A stretch of 64,000 nt of DNA from an uncultured delta proteobacterium (GCA_963767925.1 CAVYGB010000002.1:1-64000), one strand, 5' to 3'; shown: positions 51,120 to 62,125, counted from the first letter of the stretch. Numbers and translations are program-made. Notes: a model not told the origin generated them from the sequence alone.

Positions 51120-52145
51120 CTATTTACCGGCCAGGTAGATCTGGTCGTAGATGGCGTTGTCCTCGAAGTGGAGCTTCTGGGCCTTTTGCCAGCCGCCGAA
51201 TACCTCGTCAATCGTGAAGAGGGTGATCTTGGCGAACACCGCGGCGTGTTTCTGGGCCACGGCGGCATTGCGGGGGCGGTAGAAGTTCCTGGCGATGATC
51301 TCCTGGCCCTCGTCGGTGTAGAGGAAGCGCAGGTAGGCCTCCGCCACCTTCCGGGTGCCGTGTTTGGCGGCGTTCTTCTCGACCACGGTGACGGGCGGCT
51401 CGGCCAGGATGCTGACCGACGGCGCGACGATCTCGAACCTGTCCTTGCCGAACTGGTTCAGCACCAGGAAGGCCTCGTTCTCCCAGGAGAGGAAGACGTC
51501 GCCGATGCCCCGCTGGGCGAAGGTGGTGGTCGAGCCGCGGGCGCCCGAGTCGAGCACGGGGACGTTCTTGTAAAGGCGGCTGACGAAGTCGCGGACCTTG
51601 GTCTCGTCGTCGTTGAACTGCCTGAGGCCCCAGCCCCAGGCGGCCAGGTAGTTCCAGCGCGCGCCCCCCGAGGTCTTCGGGTTGGGGGTGATCACCTTGA
51701 CGCCCGGCCTGGCCAGGTCGCCCCAGTCCTTGATCCCCCTGGGGTTGCCCTTGCGCACCACGAACACGATGGTCGAGGTGTAAGGCGCGCTCTTGTCGGG
51801 CAGGCGGCTCTGCCAGTCCTTGGGGATGAGGCCGGCCTTCTCGTGGAGGGCGTCGATGTCGTAGGCCAGGGCCAGGGTGGCCACGTCGGCCTCGAGGCCG
51901 TCGAGGATCGAGCGGGCCTGCTTGCCCGAGCCGCCGTGCGACTGCTTGATGACGACGTTCTCCCCGCTCTTGGCCTTCCACCTGGCGGCGAAGGCGGCGT
52001 TGATCTGCTGGTACAGCTCGCGGGTGGGGTCGTACGAGACGTTGAGCAGGGTGACGTCGGCATCGGCGGTGTCGGCGGGCAGCGCGAGGGCGGCGAGCAG
52101 CGCGAGGGCCGCGACTCCGACCAGGAGCCATTTCTTGGGGGACAT
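51120..52145 (-). CDS. sbp: Sulfate-binding periplasmic protein
   Basis: [45 protein letters not shown]. Confidence 0.96.
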   Translation of the reverse strand: MSPKKWLLVGVAALALLAALALPADTADADVTLLNVSYDPTRELYQQINAAFAARWKAKSGENVVIKQSHGGSGKQARSILDGLEADVATLALAYDIDALHEKAGLIPKDWQSRLPDKSAPYTSTIVFVVRKGNPRGIKDWGDLARPGVKVITPNPKTSGGARWNYLAAWGWGLRQFNDDETKVRDFVSRLYKNVPVLDSGARGSTTTFAQRGIGDVFLSWENEAFLVLNQFGKDRFEIVAPSVSILAEPPVTVVEKNAAKHGTRKVAEAYLRFLYTDEGQEIIARNFYRPRNAAVAQKHAAVFAKITLFTIDEVFGGWQKAQKLHFEDNAIYDQIYLAGK

Positions 52146-52395
52146 GCGGCGGTCTCCTTGCTGAGGCCCTGGGCCTCCCGGGCGGCCCGGTTCGGATCGG
52201 ATCGGCGTAGAGGGTGAAGGTGTCGTCATCGAGCGGAGGGCATTGTAGCGAAGCGCAGCTCGAACGGCCCCCCGGGTCCCCTTCCCGGAGAGCCAGCCAG
52301 GGGTCCCGCTGGACACCTGTCTCGTAAACCGTCGGCGGCCCGCCCGTCAAGAATTTTCCCGTATACGAGAGCTATGTCCATTCGACCGCCAGGGT

Positions 52396-52680
52396 TCAGG
52401 CGGCCAGGGCCCGAAGCTGGCTGGTCCCGAAGCGGCGCACAAGGCGGATGGGGCGGTTGCTCCGGCGGGCGATCTCCCGGGCGTGCAGCACCGCCCCGTG
52501 GCTGTTGATCTCGGTGACGATGACCACCACGTCCGAGCGCTCGATCATGGCCCGCAGGCGCTCGCTGGCGGTGCCCCGCATGTGGCCGTCGTGAAACTCG
52601 AGCTGGTGGCCGGCGGCCAGAGCGACTGCTGACAACCGGTCGGCGGTTCGTTCGGCCCCGCCCACGATCCCGATGCGCAT
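52396..52680 (-). CDS. DUF2325 domain protein
   Basis: IGIVGG, SDVVVIVTEINSH; RBS GGAGGAG. Confidence 0.82.
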   Translation of the reverse strand: MRIGIVGGAERTADRLSAVALAAGHQLEFHDGHMRGTASERLRAMIERSDVVVIVTEINSHGAVLHAREIARRSNRPIRLVRRFGTSQLRALAA

Positions 52681-52704
52681 GGATGCACTCTCCTCCAGAC
52701 AGTA

Positions 52705-52722
52705 TGTCTGGTTTAACAGACA
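52705..52722. promoter_or_regulatory. Palindromic operator TGTCTG-N6-CAGACA
   Basis: Inverted repeat just upstream of the DUF2325 RBS. Confidence 0.55.
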
Positions 52723-52800
52723 GTGCAACTCAAGAGGCCGACCCTCACCCGGCCTTCGATCAAGACCCGGTCGCGCAAGACCCGGTCGCGCCTGCAGCCC

Positions 52801-52935
52801 CTGGTGGAGGGCTGCCTCAGGTGGGCAGCCTACGACTGTTGCCACCGCAACCAGCTCCAGACGGCGCGCCTGCTGGGCATCAGCCGCAACATCGTGCGGG
52901 CGCGCCCGATCCAGCTCGGCAAGATCCCGGGCGAG
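52801..52935 (+). pseudogene. Fis-type HTH remnant of a sigma54 activator (SfnR-like C-terminus)
   Basis: AYDCCHRNQLQTARLLGISRNIVRAR. Confidence 0.65.
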
Positions 52936-52975
52936 CGGCGCGGGCAGCTCGCCACCAGAGTAGACCGGCCCTCGC

Positions 52976-53650
52976 TCAGCGGACGTAGACGACGATGTTG
53001 TGGTAGCGGGCCTCGCCCCCGCCCGGGTTCTCGTAGATGTGGGGGCGGTCGGCGGGAAAGGCCAGCGCGTCGCCGGGGCCGAGGTCGAACTTGTCGCTGC
53101 CGACGTGCATGCGCAGCAGGCCGGCCAGCACGGTGATCAGCTCCCTGGTGCCGGGGCCGTGGGCCTCGGCGGCGTGCTGGGAGCGGCCGGCCAGGCGCAG
53201 CTCGTAGACCTCGATGTCCCGGGAGAAGCCGGCGGGGGTCATCGGCCGGCTCTCGAGGCGGCCGTCGGCGGAGCGGAGCACCTGGGCGTCGGAGCGGCGC
53301 AGGAGGTTGGCGGTGGGGCCGGCCTCGCCCAGCAGCTCGGAGAAGGGGATGCCCAGGCCCACCGCGATCTTCCACAGCACGCTGAGCGAGGGGTTGCTCT
53401 TCTGGGTCTCGATCTGGGAGAGGGCCGCCCGGCTCACGCCCGAGGCGGAGGCCAGCTCGTCGAGGGACAGGCCCCGGGTCTTGCGCCGCTCGCGCAGGTT
53501 GGCCGCCACCCGCTGGGCCAGCTCGGCGGCGCCCAGATCGTCGCCGGGGGGCAGGGGCGCGCCCCGGCCGTGGCGGCGGGCGGCCCTTGTCCCGGCCCCG
53601 AGCGACGCGGCGGCCGGCGAGCGGGCGGCGATGGCGGAGCGCTTCTTCAT
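52976..53650 (-). CDS. XRE HTH + cupin regulator (SutR-like architecture)
   Basis: LSLDELASASGVSRAALSQIE..NPSL; cupin H..E..PHIYEN. Confidence 0.9.
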   Translation of the reverse strand: MKKRSAIAARSPAAASLGAGTRAARRHGRGAPLPPGDDLGAAELAQRVAANLRERRKTRGLSLDELASASGVSRAALSQIETQKSNPSLSVLWKIAVGLGIPFSELLGEAGPTANLLRRSDAQVLRSADGRLESRPMTPAGFSRDIEVYELRLAGRSQHAAEAHGPGTRELITVLAGLLRMHVGSDKFDLGPGDALAFPADRPHIYENPGGGEARYHNIVVYVR

Positions 53651-53893
53651 CTGGGGTGGGGCCACGATATCACGGGGCCCGGTCTGTCTCGCATGATGGA
53701 CAGAGAGGGGACCGCACAGCTCCGGGTCGCGTGGAAGGCCAACGGTCTGACCTGCGTGGTGACGTACGGGGTCTCCTTCGCCGTGCGCTCGCTCGCGCGC
53801 TGGCCTCTCCGTTCTCGTTGATCGCGTTCCTCCATGGCGCGCGCTCCGACCTCGCATCGATGGTCGACTCGGAGGGTAGGGGTGGCAGGGGGG

Positions 53894-54643
53894 TCAGGTC
53901 GGGCGGCGGAAGGCGCGGGTGGTGAAGGGCCAGATGACGACGCGGGTGGGCTGATTGCCCCAGGCGGCCGCCAGCTTGCGCGAGACGCGCTCGACGGGGT
54001 CGTGGCCTTCCTTCTCGCGGTACTTCTTCAGCGGGGACCAGGTGCTGACGTAGCCGAACAGGTGATCGAGGGTCCAGGTCACGCGCATGTCGAAGACGGG
54101 GGCGGCGTCGATCTCGGGCAGCGGGACGTCGACGGTGCGGTAGCCGTTCTCCACGAGGCGGCGCTCGGGCTCCCAGTATTTGCCGAGGAGGTCCTGGTAG
54201 AGCTCGACGATCACGCGGTCGACGGCGGGGCCGATCACCGGGAGCTGGTACGACGACAGGGCGAGCACGCCGCCCGGCCACAACACGCGGCTGACCTCGG
54301 GGAAGAAGGTGTCGGGCTGGAACCAGTGGAAGGACTGCGCCGCCAGCATGAGGTCGACGCTGTTCTCGCGCAGGCCGGTGTCCTCGGCGGCGGCCCGGCG
54401 GTATTCGACGCGCGGGTGGGGGCGGGCGTTGGCGAGCTGCTCGTCGCTGGCGTCGAGGCCGACCACGCGATCGAAGTGCTCGGCGAGGCCATGGGCGGCC
54501 TGACCGCTGCCGGTGCCGAGGTCGACGGCCATCAGGCGCGAGGGGCTCTGGTCGGCGAGCCAGGCGAACAGGGCGGGCGGATAGCTCGGCCGGAAACGGG
54601 CATAGTCCGCCGCGCTCTCGGAGAACAGATCCTTGACGGCCAT
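53894..54643 (-). CDS. Class I SAM-dependent methyltransferase
   Basis: YARFRPSYP, DLGTGSGQ, AQSFHWF. Confidence 0.92.
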   Translation of the reverse strand: MAVKDLFSESAADYARFRPSYPPALFAWLADQSPSRLMAVDLGTGSGQAAHGLAEHFDRVVGLDASDEQLANARPHPRVEYRRAAAEDTGLRENSVDLMLAAQSFHWFQPDTFFPEVSRVLWPGGVLALSSYQLPVIGPAVDRVIVELYQDLLGKYWEPERRLVENGYRTVDVPLPEIDAAPVFDMRVTWTLDHLFGYVSTWSPLKKYREKEGHDPVERVSRKLAAAWGNQPTRVVIWPFTTRAFRRPT

Positions 54644-54968
54644 GGGGGCTCCATCTTGGATCATGACGCGCCCGACGTGGCAGTCGCCATGACGTGACAG
54701 CCGGTAGGCGCTCGCTCATGGCCCCCGGAGCCGCGTCGGCCCGCTGCTCGGGCCGCACGACGCGCCGCAAGCGCTGGAATGGCAGATTGGGCGGCGGCGG
54801 CGACGGGGCGGACGATGCGGCGGCGGGCGGGTACGGAGCGAGGTGCCCGCGGGCGTAGCGGATGCGGCAGCAGCGCGGGCGGACCGGCGAAGTGAAGCAC
54901 CGGCGGCAGTGGCGGAGGCCGCAGGGGGGATCGACCACGCGCCAGCTATCTGCGCTATCACCTGGGGG

Positions 54969-55982
54969 GTGAGGCTGCTGCAAGAAGGTCCGGCGCCGGA
55001 GCCGGCGGCGCCCGCGCCGGGGCCGGGCGAGCGGATCGGGCGGGGGGCGGGGCGCGCGACGGCGAGGACGCTGCGGGGGTTGCGGTGGGCGCTGCTGCTG
55101 GGGGCGCTCGGGTATGGCGGGGTGCTGGGGTGGTTCCGGGTCTACGAGGACCGCTACGTGTTCCAGCCGGAGCGGGGGCCGCTGCGGCCGGCGCCGGCGC
55201 GGCTGGCGCTCGACGCCCGGGACGTGCGGTTCTCGGCGGGCGATGGGGTGGCGCTGGCGGCGCGGCTGATCCCGCCGCCGCCTGCGGTGCCGGCGGCGGC
55301 GGCGGGCTGGATCCTCTACTTTCACGGCAGCTCGGCCAACGTGGGCAGCATCGGCTACAACGAGGCCTGGGCGAAGTTCCGGCGCATGGGGATGGGGGTG
55401 CTGGCGGTCGACTACCGCGGGTACGGCGAGAGCGCGGGCACGCCCTCGGAGGCGGGGCTGTACCGGGACGCCGAGGCGGCCTACCGCCACCTCACCGGCG
55501 CGCTGGGGGTGCCGCCGGCGCGGGTGCTGATCTACGGGTTCTCGCTCGGCTCGGCGGTGGCGGTCGACCTGGCGACACGGGTGCCGGCGGCCGGGCTGAT
55601 GCTCGAGGGGGCGCTGCTGTCGGTGCCGATCCGGGGCGCAGAGCTGTACCCGTTCCTGCCGGCGAACCTGCTGGCGCGCAACCGCTTCGCGTCGATCGAC
55701 AAGATCGCCCGCGTGCCGCTGCCGAAGCTCTTCCTGCACGCGCGCGAGGACCGGGATATCCCCCTGCACCACGGGCGCGGGCTGTTCGAGCGGGCCCTGC
55801 CGCCGAAGACCTTCCAGGAGGTGGGCGGCGGCCACGCCACCGCCCACCAGGTCGACCCGGCGTTCTTCCTGGCGGTCGCGCGCTTCGTGAGCGCGCTCGG
55901 GATCCCGCTGGCGACCACGACGCCCGAGCTCCCTGCCCGGGCGGCACCGGCACCGGCACCGGCACCGGCATCAGCACGGTGA
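54969..55982 (+). CDS. Alpha/beta hydrolase (ABHD/YfhR-like)
   Basis: YFHG, DYRGYGES, GFSLG, GGH; start uncertain. Confidence 0.88.
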   Translation: MRLLQEGPAPEPAAPAPGPGERIGRGAGRATARTLRGLRWALLLGALGYGGVLGWFRVYEDRYVFQPERGPLRPAPARLALDARDVRFSAGDGVALAARLIPPPPAVPAAAAGWILYFHGSSANVGSIGYNEAWAKFRRMGMGVLAVDYRGYGESAGTPSEAGLYRDAEAAYRHLTGALGVPPARVLIYGFSLGSAVAVDLATRVPAAGLMLEGALLSVPIRGAELYPFLPANLLARNRFASIDKIARVPLPKLFLHAREDRDIPLHHGRGLFERALPPKTFQEVGGGHATAHQVDPAFFLAVARFVSALGIPLATTTPELPARAAPAPAPAPASAR

Positions 55983-56015
55983 TGGCGGCGGGACGGGTTC
56001 GCTAGTTCCAGGGGA

Positions 56016-56726
56016 CTAGGGACGTGAGCCGGAGGTGGCGGCGCGGAGGTGGCCGGCGGACATCACGGCGATGAAGAGCAGCCAGCCGAGGAAACAGATC
56101 AGGCCGAGCAGGCCCCAGGGCGATCCCAGCACCACCGCGCGGATGGGGAAGGCGGCTGCCAGGCCGAGCGGGCTGACGAACATGGCCATGAAGGCCGCCC
56201 AGCGGGGGCCCAGGCCTCCCAGCCGGCAGCCCACGCCGAAGGCGCCGAGGGCGGTGGAGAGGGCGACGAGGTTGACGGCAAACATCGCCGTCTTGAGCTT
56301 CCAGGTCCACAGGGTGAGGGCGCCGTTGCGCAGGAGGGTCTCGGCGCTGGCGATGAGGACCACGTCGAGCGCCACGGTGGCGCCGAAGGTCACCGTCATC
56401 AGCGAGGCGGCGATGGCGCCGACCCAGCCCCAGGACTCGGCTTCGGGGCTGGCGGCGTGCAGGCGGCGGACCATGCCGATGACGAACAGCAGGAGGCACG
56501 GAATCGACACGACGAACAGGCTGGCCGACAGCGACAGCAGCGCCGGCTTGCCCTGGTGATAGGCGACGAGCTGCTCGAGGGATGCGCCCGCCAGCGGCTG
56601 CGGCTGGCGGAGGACGTTCTCGCCGAACACGGCGCCGAGAAAACCGAAGCCTCCCAGGCCCGCGGCGCGCAGGAAGCCGTCGCGCGGGTACGGGGCGGCG
56701 GGGGTGAGGTCGGGGGTGGGGATCAT
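56016..56726 (-). CDS. Hypothetical multi-pass membrane protein
   Basis: RBS GAGG + ATG; ~6 TM segments. Confidence 0.75.
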   Translation of the reverse strand: MIPTPDLTPAAPYPRDGFLRAAGLGGFGFLGAVFGENVLRQPQPLAGASLEQLVAYHQGKPALLSLSASLFVVSIPCLLLFVIGMVRRLHAASPEAESWGWVGAIAASLMTVTFGATVALDVVLIASAETLLRNGALTLWTWKLKTAMFAVNLVALSTALGAFGVGCRLGGLGPRWAAFMAMFVSPLGLAAAFPIRAVVLGSPWGLLGLICFLGWLLFIAVMSAGHLRAATSGSRP

Positions 56727-56869
56727 CGGGGCCTCTTTGGGGGTTGCGCGGCGAGGGGCGGGCGGTGGCGCGGAACCGCCGGCAGGTGGCGACGAACCAC
56801 CGGGAGGTCTGAGCGGTGGCCAGAGCGTAGATCGTCCCGACCGCGGCGGCGAGGCCGGGCGCGGCGAGC

Positions 56870-57036
56870 GCGGTCGTGGGCGCGCGGTCGTGGGCGCGGC
56901 GGTCGTGGGCGCGGCGGTCGTGGGCGCGCGGTCGTGGGCGCGGCGGTCGTGGGCGCGCGGTCGTGGGCGCGCGGTCGTGGGCGCGCGGTCGTGGGCGCGC
57001 GCGGCGGTCGTGGGCGCGCGCGGCGGTCGTGGGCGC
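56870..57036. repeat. Tandem repeat GCGGTCGTGGGCGC x11
   Basis: 11 copies with small GC/GGC length variants. Confidence 0.92.
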
Positions 57037-57351
57037 ACGGGGAGTGGAGCGGAGGGCGGGCTACGTACTTTACGGCCGGGGGGGGCGAGGGGGATGTCCC
57101 TCCCGGGGCACGGCCGCTTACCCGCGGGCGGGGGGAGCCTCACGGGCGGGGGCTGCGGAGGGCGGTCGACGTTGGCCTGGTGGGGGCGCGCGGCCTCGAC
57201 TCGCGCCTTGGCGACCGTCGCAGACGGCGGTGCAGGCGCTCCACGCCCCCGGGACGGACATCCCCACCTTTCCCCCCCGCCCGGGGTGGCCTACATTTTC
57301 TCCGCCCTGGGCGTGTGGCGATCGCACGGGGCGGCGGGGGGCGGCGGCCGG

Positions 57352-57548
57352 CTATCGTTGGGGGCACGCGGCGCCGCCTACCGCTGGGGGGCGCGAGGCG
57401 AAGAAAAGCGACGGTGATGGCCCGCTATCGATGGGGGCGGAAGGAGGCGAAGAAGAGCGGGGCGGTGGCCCCGCTATTCGATGGGGGGCGCGCCGGCGGA
57501 TTGGGGGTTTTGAAGGGGAGGCGGCCGCCGCCTATCGATGGGGGGCGC
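57352..57548. repeat. Five dispersed copies of CTAYCGNTGGGGG
   Basis: Copies at 57352, 57378, 57425, 57474 (1-nt insertion) and 57532. Confidence 0.7.
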
Positions 57549-57771
57549 GAGTGGGCGGGGGCGGCTTGTGCGGAATTGGTGGGCCGGGGAGCGCGGAGGT
57601 TCGTACAGATGGGAGGCGCGGGGTGGGGGCGCGGACGCGGAGGGCGGCGCGGAGGGCAAAGGGGAAATGGGGAGATAGTCGTAGCTTCGGGGCGGGCAGA
57701 ATGGGGCGCGTGGGCCTGGTTTTTCGAGGATTGGGGGTCTCGCTGACGGGTCCGTGGGGTAGTATGACGCT

Positions 57772-59607
57772 GTGAGTTTACAGGAGTGGCTCGATCGAAA
57801 CGCCCAGCCCGGTCGGGTTGGTGGCGTGGACGTGGGGGCGCGGCGCCGCCGCGAGCCTTCGCGCGCGATCGTGTGGCTGTGCGCGGTCTTCAGCCTGGCG
57901 CTGCTCGCGGGCTGGGCCTACTTCGGCTGGCGCACCTTCCGGGCAGAGCGCGTGACGGTCGGGCTGGGGACGCTGGCGTATCTGCTGGCGGGCTACTTCG
58001 TTCATCCGGCGGCCCGCTCCGACAACCTGGGCTGGTTCGGCGGCCTCGTCGACAACCCCTTTCGCTTTTCCGACGGGGCAAACCGTTTTCTCGCGACGGT
58101 GGCGGTGTTGCTCTGGCCGGGCCGCTTCGTGGCCGAGTCGCTGGTGGCGCTGCTGCGGGGTCGCTCCCCGCCGGGGCCCGAGCCGGCTCTCCCTGGCCCG
58201 CCGCCGCCAGGGTCGCCCTGGGCAGCGGCGACTCCGACGGCGAACCCCTGGCCGCCAGCGGCCGCTCCCCTCGCCTCGCGCGGGCCGGCAGCGGCAGGAC
58301 CGGCCACCGCTCCCCTCTCCTCGCACGCGCCGGGCGCCGCGGCCCCCGGCTCCCGCGCGGCTGCGGCCGGGCCCCCGATGATCTCCCGCTCGCCGCCGCC
58401 CGGCGCGCAGCAGACGCCCGCCGGCGGACCCGCGCCCGGGGCGTCGCCCTGGACTCAGGGTTCGTCCTGGCCGGCGTTCGGGCCGGGGCCCCAGGGGGCG
58501 TCGCCCTGGCAGTCGGCGGGCGCGCCTTCGTGGCCCCAGGCCGGGCCGCCGAGCGCCTCGACTCAATGGCCGCTCGACGAGACCGCCACCTGGTCGCCCC
58601 CCATCGCGGGTGGCGCCACCTCGGAGTCGCCGAGCGGGACGCTGCCCGAGCCGTCGGCGGTGGCCCAGGTCGGCACGGAGCCAGGCGCGCCTCCGGTCTG
58701 GGAGGCCGAGGAGGTCGTGTCACCGGAGCACGCGGCCGAGCTGGTGCGGGCGCAGTTTCCCGCGCTCGTGCCGGTGCGGGTGGCGCCGCTGGGGGTCGGC
58801 TGGGACAACACCGCCTATCGGGTCAATGACGCTTACGTGTTCCGGTTTCCCCGGCGGGAGATCGCCGTGCCGCTGATGGAGACCGAGACGCGGGTGCTGC
58901 CCGAGATCGCCGCGCGCCTGCCGCTCGCCGTCCCCGTGCCCACGCTGATCGGCCGTCCCGGCGGCACCTTCCGCTGGCCCTTCGCCGGCTACCCGTTTCT
59001 CCCGGGTCGCACCGCCTGCCGGGGTGACCTCGACGTCCATCAACGCGCAGCCATCGCCGAGCCGCTGGGGCAGTTCCTGGCCGCCCTGCACGCCCTGCCC
59101 ATCGACGAGATGGTCGCCCTCGGCGTGGGCGGCGACAACATCGGTCGCCTCGACCTGAGCACCCGCATCCCCCGCGCGCTCGAGATCCTGGCCGGCCTGC
59201 CCGGCGACGCCCTGGGGGTCGATCGGGGCCAGCTCCGCACCATCATCGAATCGTCGGCCGCCCTGCGCGCCCCCGCCAACTTCGTGCTGGTCCACGGCGA
59301 CCTCTACGTGCGCCACCTGCTGATCGACGAGCAGGCCCGCCTGTGCGGCATCATCGACTGGGGCGACGTGCACATCGGCAACCCCGCCGTCGACCTCTCG
59401 GTCGCGCACGGCTTCCTCCCTCCCCCCGCCCGCCAGATCTTCCTGCGGGCCTACGCCCGCCGGGTCCCCGCCCCCACCTGGTGGCTGGCCCGCTTCCGGG
59501 CCATCTTCAGCGCGCTCAACATCCTCGACTACGGCCGCAAGACCGGCGACAGCGACCTCGAACGCGAAGGCCGCCAGTCCCTCATCAACTCCCTCACCAG
59601 CGCCTGA
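57772..59607 (+). CDS. Membrane domain + Pro-rich linker + APH phosphotransferase fusion
   Basis: N-terminal TMs; GWDN, RFPRR, HGDL..H, IIDWGD. Confidence 0.82.
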   Translation: MSLQEWLDRNAQPGRVGGVDVGARRRREPSRAIVWLCAVFSLALLAGWAYFGWRTFRAERVTVGLGTLAYLLAGYFVHPAARSDNLGWFGGLVDNPFRFSDGANRFLATVAVLLWPGRFVAESLVALLRGRSPPGPEPALPGPPPPGSPWAAATPTANPWPPAAAPLASRGPAAAGPATAPLSSHAPGAAAPGSRAAAAGPPMISRSPPPGAQQTPAGGPAPGASPWTQGSSWPAFGPGPQGASPWQSAGAPSWPQAGPPSASTQWPLDETATWSPPIAGGATSESPSGTLPEPSAVAQVGTEPGAPPVWEAEEVVSPEHAAELVRAQFPALVPVRVAPLGVGWDNTAYRVNDAYVFRFPRREIAVPLMETETRVLPEIAARLPLAVPVPTLIGRPGGTFRWPFAGYPFLPGRTACRGDLDVHQRAAIAEPLGQFLAALHALPIDEMVALGVGGDNIGRLDLSTRIPRALEILAGLPGDALGVDRGQLRTIIESSAALRAPANFVLVHGDLYVRHLLIDEQARLCGIIDWGDVHIGNPAVDLSVAHGFLPPPARQIFLRAYARRVPAPTWWLARFRAIFSALNILDYGRKTGDSDLEREGRQSLINSLTSA

Positions 59608-59631
59608 CTCCGGGTCCGGGCCCCCGCCTGT

Positions 59632-59718
59632 AATTACCCCCTATTCAAGTGAGGGCGCGCGAGGCGAGGGGCGATCTGAAATTGCGCCCTATTCAAGTTA
59701 GGACGCGCGGAGGGAGGG
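59632..59718. repeat. 39-bp imperfect direct repeat, 48-bp period
   Basis: 59632-59670 versus 59680-59718, 32/39 identical, core CCCTATTCAAGT. Confidence 0.8.
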
Positions 59719-59982
59719 ACGAGCGGGTCAGGTGGTCGTGATGGCGATTTGAAGAGCACCCGCAGCGCGCTCCGGCGCCTTCGCATCCTCTTCTGGTGAC
59801 CCACGCCGCCGTTATCGGTAGAAATTGGCCCGTTCTTGACCGAGGCGGCGTCTACCGCGCGCTCGGTTGAATCGAGGAGCGGGAGACGATCTGCCCCCTG
59901 CTCGACGGTCGCTCGCCACCGGGCGGATTCCGGCCCCAGGATGACTGAGACACGGGCGACGGCGGCAAAGGAAACGAGGCTC

Positions 59983-60969
59983 TCAGAGCTTGTGGCCGAG
60001 GAGGACGGGCATGCGGGGGGCGGTGGGGTGGCGGAGGGCCTGCCAGGGGGTGGTGCCGGGGGTGATGGTGCGAAAGTGGAAGAGGCGGCTGCCTTCCAGC
60101 TCGGCGCGGGTCAGGCCGCGGTAGCGGTGGGCCAGGTGGGGGGCGCCGGCTTCGGCGTAGTAGTGCTGGGTGCGCTGCCAGGCGCGGTGGCGGGCGACGG
60201 CGTCGGGGTAGACCGGCGAGTCGGCGAGGAGGAAGGCGCCGCCGGGGCGCAGGACGCGGGCGATCTCGGCGAGGGCGCGGGGCAGGCGGAGGGCGTAGTG
60301 GAGGGCGGCGGCGGCGATCACGACGTCGAAGGCGCCGTCCTGGATCGGCAGGGCGTCCAGCTCGCCGCACAGGCGGTGGACGCGCGGATCGTCGATCGCG
60401 CCGAGCCCCGTGTCGCTGGTGTCGAGATCGAGGGCGGTCACGTCGTGGGCGCCGGCGAGGCGCCGGGCCAGCCAGCCGTTGCCCGCGCCGAGGTCGAGCA
60501 CCCGGCGCGCGCGCGGGAGCAGGGCCAGGCAGCCGCGGATCAAGGCGTAGTGAAAGGCGCGGATGCGCCAGATGCCCGGGTTGCGGCCGGTGCTGTCGCG
60601 GAAGGGGAGCCCGCGCACGAAGCCGGGGTCGGTCGAGGCGTAGCCCTCGGTCAAGCGCAGGCGCCGGTAGTCGTCGATGAACCGACGGATCCCCGTGCCG
60701 CCAGGCGCGCCCGCTGCAGGTGGCGGCGGTCCGGTGGTGCTGGCATTTCTCGCGTGCGCGGCAAGCGGCGGCTCGATGGAGCCGAGGTTCCCGGCGGGCG
60801 CGCGCGGCGGCGGCTCGCCGTGGCCAGTGATTTCACTTCGTTCGGACCGGGGCAAGGGCACAAACGGTTCACCGGGGCTGGTGTTCCCGGCGGGAGCTGG
60901 CGACGGCTGGCCATCGGCGCTCTCGCCGGGGGCGGAGGGAGGGCCGCGGCCGGGGGGGGAGTCGGGCAT
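59983..60969 (-). CDS. Class I SAM methyltransferase with Pro-rich N-terminus
   Basis: [24 protein letters not shown]; start uncertain. Confidence 0.85.
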   Translation of the reverse strand: MPDSPPGRGPPSAPGESADGQPSPAPAGNTSPGEPFVPLPRSERSEITGHGEPPPRAPAGNLGSIEPPLAAHARNASTTGPPPPAAGAPGGTGIRRFIDDYRRLRLTEGYASTDPGFVRGLPFRDSTGRNPGIWRIRAFHYALIRGCLALLPRARRVLDLGAGNGWLARRLAGAHDVTALDLDTSDTGLGAIDDPRVHRLCGELDALPIQDGAFDVVIAAAALHYALRLPRALAEIARVLRPGGAFLLADSPVYPDAVARHRAWQRTQHYYAEAGAPHLAHRYRGLTRAELEGSRLFHFRTITPGTTPWQALRHPTAPRMPVLLGHKL

Positions 60970-61177
60970 GGGCGGCGGCGGGTGGGGTGCGGCGCGCCGT
61001 GGGGCGGAGGGCAGGTCCGGCGTGGCCGCGGCGCTGGGCGGCTGTGTCTCAGGCTACCACGCCGGAGTGGGGGGGCGGTTCGGCTCCGAGCGATCCCTGA
61101 TTGTGGTTATGATGCTGGGCTGGCCGCGTCGGCCGGAAGAAGCCCCGAGCAAGGTTGCACGCACCGTGGCGCCCAGC

Positions 61178-62125
61178 ATGGCCCGAAAGAGAATTCTCGT
61201 GACCGGCGGCGCCGGGTTCCTGGGGTCGCACCTGTGTGACCGGTTGATCGCCGACGGGCAGGAGGTGATCTGCCTCGACAGCTTCTTCACCGGGGCGCGG
61301 GCCAACATCGAGCACCTGCTGGGGCACCCCCACTTCGAGCTGGTTCGCCACGATGTGCAGGAGCGGCTGACCATGGAGGTCGACCAGATCTACCACCTGG
61401 CCTGCCCGGCCTCGCCGGTGCACTACCGGCGCAACCCCGTGCGCACCATCCGCACGGCGGTCGAGGGGACGCTCAACGTGCTCGATGTCGCGCGCGAGGC
61501 CCGGGCCCGCATGTTGATCGCCTCCACCTCGGAGGTGTACGGCGACCCGCAGGAGCACCCCCAGCGCGAGAGCTACTGGGGCAACGTCGACCCGGTGGGG
61601 CCCCGCTCCTGCTACGACGAGGGCAAGCGCTGCGCCGAGGCGCTGGCCACCGCTTACGCCAGCCAGTTCGGCACCGACGTGTGCATCGCCCGCATCTTCA
61701 ACACCTACGGGCCGCGCGTGCACGAAGACGACGGGCGGGTTGTGTCGAGCTTCGTGGTGCAGGCCTTGAAGGGTCAGTCCATCACCATCTTCGGCGACGG
61801 CCAGCAGACCCGTTCGTTCTGCTACGTCTCCGACCTGATCGAGGCGCTGGTCCGCCTGATGGGCAGCGCCCGGGGGGCCGAGCCGCTCAACCTCGGCAAC
61901 CCGCGCGAGACCTCGATCCTCGAGCTGGCGAGCCTGGTCCTCCGCCTGACCGGGTCCAGCTCGACGCTGGTCCACCAGGCGCTGCCCCAGAGCGACCCGA
62001 CCCGGCGCCGCCCCGACATCACGCGCGCGCAGGAGGTCCTCGATGGCTGGAGTCCCCGCGTGAGGCTGGAAGAGGGACTACAAGCCACGGTGTCCGATTT
62101 TCGCGAGCGGCTCGGGCTCGCCTGA
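61178..62125 (+). CDS. UDP-glucuronate decarboxylase family (SDR)
   Basis: [42 protein letters not shown]. Confidence 0.94.
   Translation: MARKRILVTGGAGFLGSHLCDRLIADGQEVICLDSFFTGARANIEHLLGHPHFELVRHDVQERLTMEVDQIYHLACPASPVHYRRNPVRTIRTAVEGTLNVLDVAREARARMLIASTSEVYGDPQEHPQRESYWGNVDPVGPRSCYDEGKRCAEALATAYASQFGTDVCIARIFNTYGPRVHEDDGRVVSSFVVQALKGQSITIFGDGQQTRSFCYVSDLIEALVRLMGSARGAEPLNLGNPRETSILELASLVLRLTGSSSTLVHQALPQSDPTRRRPDITRAQEVLDGWSPRVRLEEGLQATVSDFRERLGLA

Noticed and set aside
56870..57548. Possible CRISPR arrays
   Set aside because: Units are too short, contiguous or irregularly spaced, with non-unique intervals.
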